Shown here piece by piece: positions 20,440-26,249 of a stretch of 26,249 nucleotides of DNA (its first letter is position 1; the number at the start of each line of letters is the position of its first letter). This DNA comes from Anthoceros angustus (taxonomy: Eukaryota; Plantae; Anthocerotophyta). The DNA is taken from contig VJWM01000379.1 of NCBI GenBank assembly GCA_010909165.1, positions 1-26,249 on the forward strand. Reading direction: 5' to 3'. The notes under the pieces are model-generated. The model was not told the origin of the DNA, did no database searches, and saw only the letters and a program-made list of their open reading frames with translations. The translations under genes were made by a program, and so were the position numbers.

Positions 20440-21837
20440 TCCGGCCCTTCAAACAAATCTCATCAAATTCCTCGTGCCACTCTCGAGGCTAACTCCGCAG
20501 CATCCCTCTCAAGTGTCACCTCACTCAAACGGCTTTAAGGTAACATTTTCGCATCTCTCTTCCATGCCTCCAAGATCCCTTGTTGCACATACACCGGAAG
20601 TGTTTCCCGACGACCAGATGCATGCATCATTTTCCTGGTGGGCTACCTCTTCCTTCCACCGCTGGTCACCTCCTGTTGCTCTGTGAGCTCCTCACGCCCT
20701 TGCTCCATGTGGCTCTGCCCTTCCTCCACCTCCTTGAGCTTGGCCTCCATTCATTCTTGGCTTGGGCACGCCTCGATGCCTTCAACTCCCCTCATTTCTG
20801 CTCTTCTCAAGGGCCGAGAGTTGCCGCGCCACTCTTCCCACATCGGACAGCCTCCTCAATTTTCTCGATTGAGGTAGCCACTTCCTTCATTCGCCCTACT
20901 TTCTTGTCTCATGCTCTTCAATCTTGTTGAGCCCCAACCTTCTCTCCAGTCAACTAGGCGCCTTTCGCCAACGCCATCTCCTTGATAGCCTTGCTATCCT
21001 TCTCCCACCGATCAGGGCAATCGCTTCATCTGGACGATGCCTCACCTCCAACTCCTCTACTCGTAAGGCCCGCTTCACTAATGGAGTGAATTAGGCGATG
21101 GTCAGATCCTTCAAAGCCTTAGTCTTCTCATTCCCTCCGGGGTCGACCAACGCTTTCTCTTGGTGGGCGCCTCCACTCGACTGACGATGTTGGGTGGGAC
21201 TCCTGTGACTCGGTCATCTCCTGGGGTGGGTTAGTTCCACCATCCTGCTCCATGGGGGTTGCCTCCTGTACACCTGGTGGCACTGCCACCTCTTCCTTTT
21301 GTGCCACTGTCTCCTCCTGGACGACAGGCACTTCTTCTTCCTTGGCGTCAGACGCCTGGGTGGTCTCATCATCCAAGATCACCACCTGAGGTGAAGCACT
21401 CCCTTGCTCCACCTTGGGTTCCTCCTCTGCCTTCTTCACCTTCTTAGGGAGAGGGACCCCTGTACCATCCCTCAGAGGGACCACTTCAAACGGCTAGTAA
21501 GACTCCTCCAGCTCCTCTTCTGTCAGTAACCCATGTGCCACCCACAACTGCACAAGGTAAGTACTCAAATGGCTGTGCCTCGCTCCCTCGTTGTCCATAG
21601 TATTTGGCCTCAGCAGCTTGTCTCGGTGATGCTCATAGGCCGTCAAAGATGGTCGCCCCCCCAGTCGAGCTCCTTGCTTCCACATAAATGAAAGAACGCG
21701 TTCTTTGAAGTAGGTGGTTCAACGGTTAGCCCCAAACTATCCTTGTAAAAGCTTCCACTTGAGGTCAGCAATCTTATCTGTACATGCTCAGGACTTGGAG
21801 ATAAATCATATTCTACAACCTGAGGTACCCGTGCCAT
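20440..21837 (-). pseudogene. Divergent second member of the accessory ORF family (5'-truncated)
   Basis: EPPTSKNAFFHLC..ELDWG (21643-21837); SHLSTYLVQLWVAHGLLTEEE (21494-21685); acidic linker (21128-21484); coiled-coil-like EAKLKEVEEGQSHMEQGREELTEQQE. Followed by PPT and LTR, the same layout as 13982-17775. Confidence 0.5.
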
Positions 21838-21854
21838 AACCTGAACCTCCTCCT

Positions 21855-23095
21855 CTAAGGCGCTCTACACACCATCGACCACCAAGCCACCTATGGAGGA
21901 ACCCACCTTCTGTCCCTAGAGATTCCTTCTCTTGCAACTAGTCATCCCAGCTGAAGAGGTACCAGCTCCCGCACAAGCCCCCGATGCTGATTTAGCCCAG
22001 CTTGCCCTACATCAAGCCCTCTCTGCAATCGAGATGCAGGATGTACCTGCAAGCATAGAAGAAGCCCTCAATACACCTGAATGGAAAGCATCAGTTCAGT
22101 CTGAATAGGACTCGCTAATTGCTACTACAAAACTGGAAGCTCAACACTTGCCTGGCGAAACCAATCTCATGTAAATGGACTTTTAGAAGGAAACTCAACC
22201 CCGATGGGACTATCTCAAGGTACAAGTCGGTGGTAGCCGTGGTTTCACCACGCAGTAGCTTCACTATGAGGAGAACAGACTTTTTGCCCAGAGTCAAGGC
22301 CACATCTATTCGGATCCTCTTAGCCTTTGCTGCCCATCATCACACGCATATACACCGGTGAGCGTAAGACGCATTTTTCTATAGGACTCTACAAGACATT
22401 TACATGCCCACTTGGTTTGTAAAGGACAACGACAAGGTATATGGTACACTTAAATCCATCTCTGGATTGAACGATGCACAAGTATGGAATGAGGTTGTGA
22501 TGACACCAAGAAATGTGGCTTCATCCTCTCATCTCACCAGCGTTTACATCCACGAAGACAAAGGATGACGGTTGCAATATTCACTCGAAGTAGATGACAA
22601 CTTTATATTTGGCAACAACCCTGAAGTTATACAATATGTCAAGGACCTGCTATCAAAGGAGTACGACGTCGTTGATATGGGACCTCTGCGCTATGCACTA
22701 GGAGTACAGTTTGAATTCAAGAAGGAAGAGCACACCTTTTTTATCCATCAAGAGCGATCGTAGCATCGGAAAGATTCAATACGAAGGGCCTTGATGTCTA
22801 CACCAATTGCCTCTAGAAAGTATCAACGGAGTGCCCGGCCTCGGAAGAAATACAGGAGATGAGAAGCATCCCCTACAACGAGGCCGTTGGAATCCTGCTC
22901 TACTTATCAATCTGGACGAGACCAAATGTTGCACAAGCCGTGAACATAGCATCGAGATATCCGACAAAAGCGCCGGACTGCGTTAAGAGAATACTTCGTT
23001 ACTTAAAGAGGACGAAATCATACGCACTTCTCTACAAAGGTGATCACTCATCCAAACTCACCCTAATCTCCTTCTCGGATGCGGACTAGGCGGGC
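21855..23095 (+). pseudogene. Ty1/copia pol fragment (linker, RT, start of RNase H)
   Basis: LRRST linker; PASIEEALN..EWK; DGTISRYKS; SIRILLAFAAH; EVDDNFIFG...DMGPLRYALGVQ (22572-22763); IPYNEAVGILLYL..TRPNVAQAV...VKRILRYLK.T...FSDAD*AG (22859-23095). Confidence 0.92.
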
Positions 23096-23099
23096 GGCC

Positions 23100-24149
23100 C
23101 GATGCGGAGGGTCGAGTTGTCGATCAATCAAACACATCTAGGATGGAGTTTGCAAGTGGTGACTTGGGAATCGTCGGCCAGTTGAACTCGTTTTGAGGTG
23201 AGTCCTAGCGAGGTTCTCCGATTCTTTGTCGTATTAGGCTTGAAGTGGCGGGATCAAGCACCAGATTCTGAGGTCCCTTGCCGCTTTTCTTTTGTGGTGA
23301 CGATTGGATTGTTGAATCCGGTTGATGGCTTCTTGATCCTAAGGTCTTGATTCATGAAGCCTCCCGTCCTCTACCTCGTCTTCCTCACCTCGGTGACCTC
23401 GCTCACGGCATCACGATGCTTTGCTAGCCATTGGGGACCATCTCGCAATTACTCAAGCATGTTCCATACCAAGACAATCATGTCACACATAAGGCTGGCG
23501 GGGTTGCGCCAATGGTACTTGTCACACGTAACTCAGGGCCGCTTGATTGCATTGATAACATCTCTCCCTTCATCCTCTGGGACTTTCGTTAGCTCTCATA
23601 ATTACATCCTCGACAAGCCATCGAGGCCTCTGACATCAAGAGGAGTACCGGTTTTCGCAGGTCGCCGACGCCTGGAGGAAGAATCGAGGAGAGTAAGCAA
23701 CCTCGCTCCAACCATGCCCTTTTTGACATCTTTGGAGTGGGCGCACATCGGGCTTGAATCCAATGCCTCGAGTCATTTTATGCGATCACGATCGGCTGCG
23801 GATGACTTGTCTCGATGGCATCCGCCCATAGGTGAGTAGGATCTGTGCTTCGAGTCTATTGCCAATTTTAGGATTGTTGCGGTGCCATTGTGCTCGCGCC
23901 ATAGCGAGAGAGATGCGACCGTCGATAATTTACTAATACTCGAACTTATTCTTATATTGTACAAGAGTTGGATTCATGTATTCGTATGGTTATGAATGAT
24001 AACCATACCCCTTCGATAAATAGTCACGTATGCCTCTAAGCACGAAAGCATTCCTAAGTTTGCTAGCGATCGGGTCCAAAACCCTCGCTAAAACCCCAAT
24101 CCGTGGTGGATGTGCGGCACTTCAACAAAGATTGGTATAAGTTGTTAGG
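23100..24149 (-). pseudogene. gag remnant of an LTR retrotransposon with decayed CCHC zinc knuckle
   Basis: C-D-K-Y-HWRN-P-ASLM-C at 23485-23526 has exact CX2CX4HX4C spacing. Y and P are each one substitution from C and H. It lies downstream of a PBS-like site and LTR end. Confidence 0.5.
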
Positions 24150-24161
24150 TACTAAATACCA
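24150..24161 (-). promoter_or_regulatory. Primer-binding site, tRNA-iMet-like (degenerate)
   Basis: The minus strand reads ...CTTGTCA|TGGTATTTAGTA; the canonical iMet PBS is TGGTATCAGAGC. Confidence 0.45.
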
Positions 24162-24700
24162 TGACAAGAAAGTTCCATCCAAGTAGACTTTAATGATCCC
24201 GCTCCTTCTTGTCTTGGTGGCAACACGATCGGAAGTTGTTTAGGGCGGACCGTGCTCGCCGTGCTTTGAACTTGAGAATTTCTGGTCTTGGTAATGATAT
24301 TGATGCACCACTTGTGGCTGCAAGGAGTTTTAATAGGCGGTGAGGTCGATGGTTGTTCCTCAAGCCTTACGGCTTGGAAAGGATTTTAGGGAGCGCATAT
24401 TGATTATGACTTTTCATTCTATGGAATGATCGCCTCCAGTTGAGGGCTAGGTCTATGTTACGGACAACTAGTTATATATCAATGAGGATCTTACACCATT
24501 GCAATGGAAGACTAAGAAGGAGAAGTTACCGCTTTCGGAGGCATTTCGTCTGCAGTCAAGTGGCTTTCTTTCATGGGGATGAATTGGTGGTGTTTGGCCT
24601 CGTTCACGCAATTTCATGGACCGTTGATTGATTGAAGATTATTTGTCTTGTTTGAATTTTACCTTTATATTCAGACCAGTTTACCACAATTAATGTAATC
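24162..24700 (-). mobile_element. 5' LTR remnant (far border not determined)
   Basis: Ends in CTTGTCA immediately before the PBS-like site; non-coding and more AT-rich. Confidence 0.4.
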
Positions 24701-24857
24701 ACCATATTTCAGTCCCATGGCAGGTCCGTACATAGTGGACTTAAATAAACTCTTCTTCTTCATTTTCTTCTACTCTGTATACATTGTGATGTATTGTGAT
24801 ATTCATCAACACGGTTCGTCGTTAACCGCCAAGTTTCAATACACACCGAAGGGCGGA

Positions 24858-25735
24858 TTATGAAATGTGAGTACATTCCATAGGAGAAGTATTTAACATA
24901 AAAATAGAAATATCCGTAGTCTCCCAATCAAACAATGTTAAGTGTAGGTCTTGATAGAAAATTAGACAATCTAAGGTGGGAAGTGAAAGATAAATCGAAT
25001 GGAGTGGAGTTATGAACAATGTGGACTCTTGCCAATACTCATGCATTGGGGAAGCTGGCGGAGGGTCTCCTAGAACTGCTACATTCCCAGGTCGAGAGAA
25101 GACAATCTGTTCATCACCGATCACATCAGTCACTGAGCTACAGCAACAATGAGCAGCAGGGATTGATCAAGCCCGGTAACCAGCAAGATGGAAATGTGAC
25201 CTAACCTGAGATTGCCCAGAGTGCAAGTCTCGAAGCCGGCAGCACAGTAGTCAAAGTAATAATGCCACGTTCGGATGAACTTCTCACTGAAACCAAGCTT
25301 CCGAACTTCACTGCAACATCACAGAGCACGAGCTAGCTGGACTCAGCACAAAATTTCCACCAAGCCAGTGCACAGCAAGTATGTTGCCACTCTAGGCATG
25401 TTACATGCCTGCTGTTACCCAAGAACTTGTCACGCCAGCAGTGCAAAGTTTGCTTGTAATGTATTCCGATGTTCTCCATGTGCTCCACGCTGTGACAGCA
25501 ACCAACAGTGAGTGTGCTTGCGTCTCAGCATAGAACTCGTTTTGGAAAAGAGCAAGAACGAGTGTCAGATCTACCAGGCTGCAGAAGAGTTCTTTGAAAA
25601 TAGCGGTGGGTCCATACCAGAAAGACGATCCGTTCGCCATAGCTGCTGTAAGAGTGCTCAGCGAGGGTGCTTCCGCCAGGAAGATGTTAAATTCCCCACA
25701 GTGCATGCGTCCGTTTCTCGGCCACCGTGGTGGAA
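24858..25735 (-). CDS. CFA: 3' exons of a plant-type cyclopropane fatty-acyl-phospholipid synthase (SAM-dependent CFA/CPA-FAS methyltransferase). Exons ~25735-25618, 25489-25409, 25310-25206, 25106-~24858; small deletions disrupt the frame.
   Basis: Spliced translation: ...IF[PGG]..PSLSTLTAAMANGSSF-C | VEHMENIGIHYKQTLHCWRDKFLGNS-S | EVRKLGFSEKFIRTWHYYFDYCAAGFETCTLGNL[Q] | IVFSRPGNVAVLGDP. This is the characteristic C-terminus of plant CPA-FAS. Introns: 25490-25617 (GT..AG), 25311-25408 (GC..AG), 25107-25205 (GT..AG). Confidence 0.88.
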
Positions 25736-26249
25736 CTAGCCACCACTTGACTAGCGTGGCATGTGAGCATCCCTAGCATATATAGACACCTTTTATTCTA
25801 AAAATTCCCAATACCCAAGGACTCTATTTCTACCCCACCTCTGAGGGTCAAACCTAAGGTCGAAAAATTATTATTATCTCCAAGGGCCAAGGACCATTCC
25901 GTATAAAAGACACTCGACGATTCTCAAAGCACTCTGCTATTCTAACACAAACAAAAAAATCGTTCGCCGACACTTGAGAGCGGGTTAGTTCACATGTGGT
26001 CTTCCACAAACAAAGTTACCAGTTACTTAAGTGCATTGACTTTCAATAGACTCGGTAAAGATGTTAATGATGGCCCAATTGAGTACCTCGATGGGCATGT
26101 TGCATATAGAATGTGGCGGGATATATGAATAGTAGTAGTGGAAATATCGCAATCAAGCAAAATTGCATTTGGGAAGAAAGGTCGGATGGGCATGAGCTAC
26201 TAAGTGGCGACCATCTTGATTGGATTTGCACTTGGGCGGTGAGGACCAT

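Noticed and set aside
25275-25739. Plus-strand ORFs (e.g. LEKSKNECQIYQAAEEFFENSGG) that looked protein-like or LINE-like
   Set aside because: They are antisense shadows of the CFA synthase exons and introns, which explain the region far better.

Overview
Eukaryotic, transposon-dense window that looks like a non-seed land plant (bryophyte-like; this is inferred from the element families, not from any search). About 24.8 kb is nested, decayed mobile DNA. It includes fragments of a CRE-like (restriction-like-endonuclease type) non-LTR retroelement at 1-2218 and a Ty3/gypsy RT remnant. A large Sola-like DDD DNA-transposase pseudogene lies at about 5046-8270, with two more C-terminal pieces of the same transposase family on the minus strand. 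There are also an unassigned Cys-containing ORF remnant, a RING-like plus Ulp1-like peptidase remnant, a Ty1/copia RT fragment and a gag/PBS/LTR remnant. Two divergent members of an uncharacterised coiled-coil accessory ORF family each sit directly upstream of an LTR. A 1.5-kb chimeric tandem duplication lies at 11431-14488. The only host gene recognised is the 3' end (four exons, minus strand, about 24858-25735) of a plant-type cyclopropane fatty-acyl-phospholipid synthase. Almost every reading frame is broken by 1-2 nt indels, including the host gene, so some 'decay' may be long-read consensus error. All calls come from manual translation and remembered motifs, with no database search. No CRISPR, rRNA or tRNA gene was seen.
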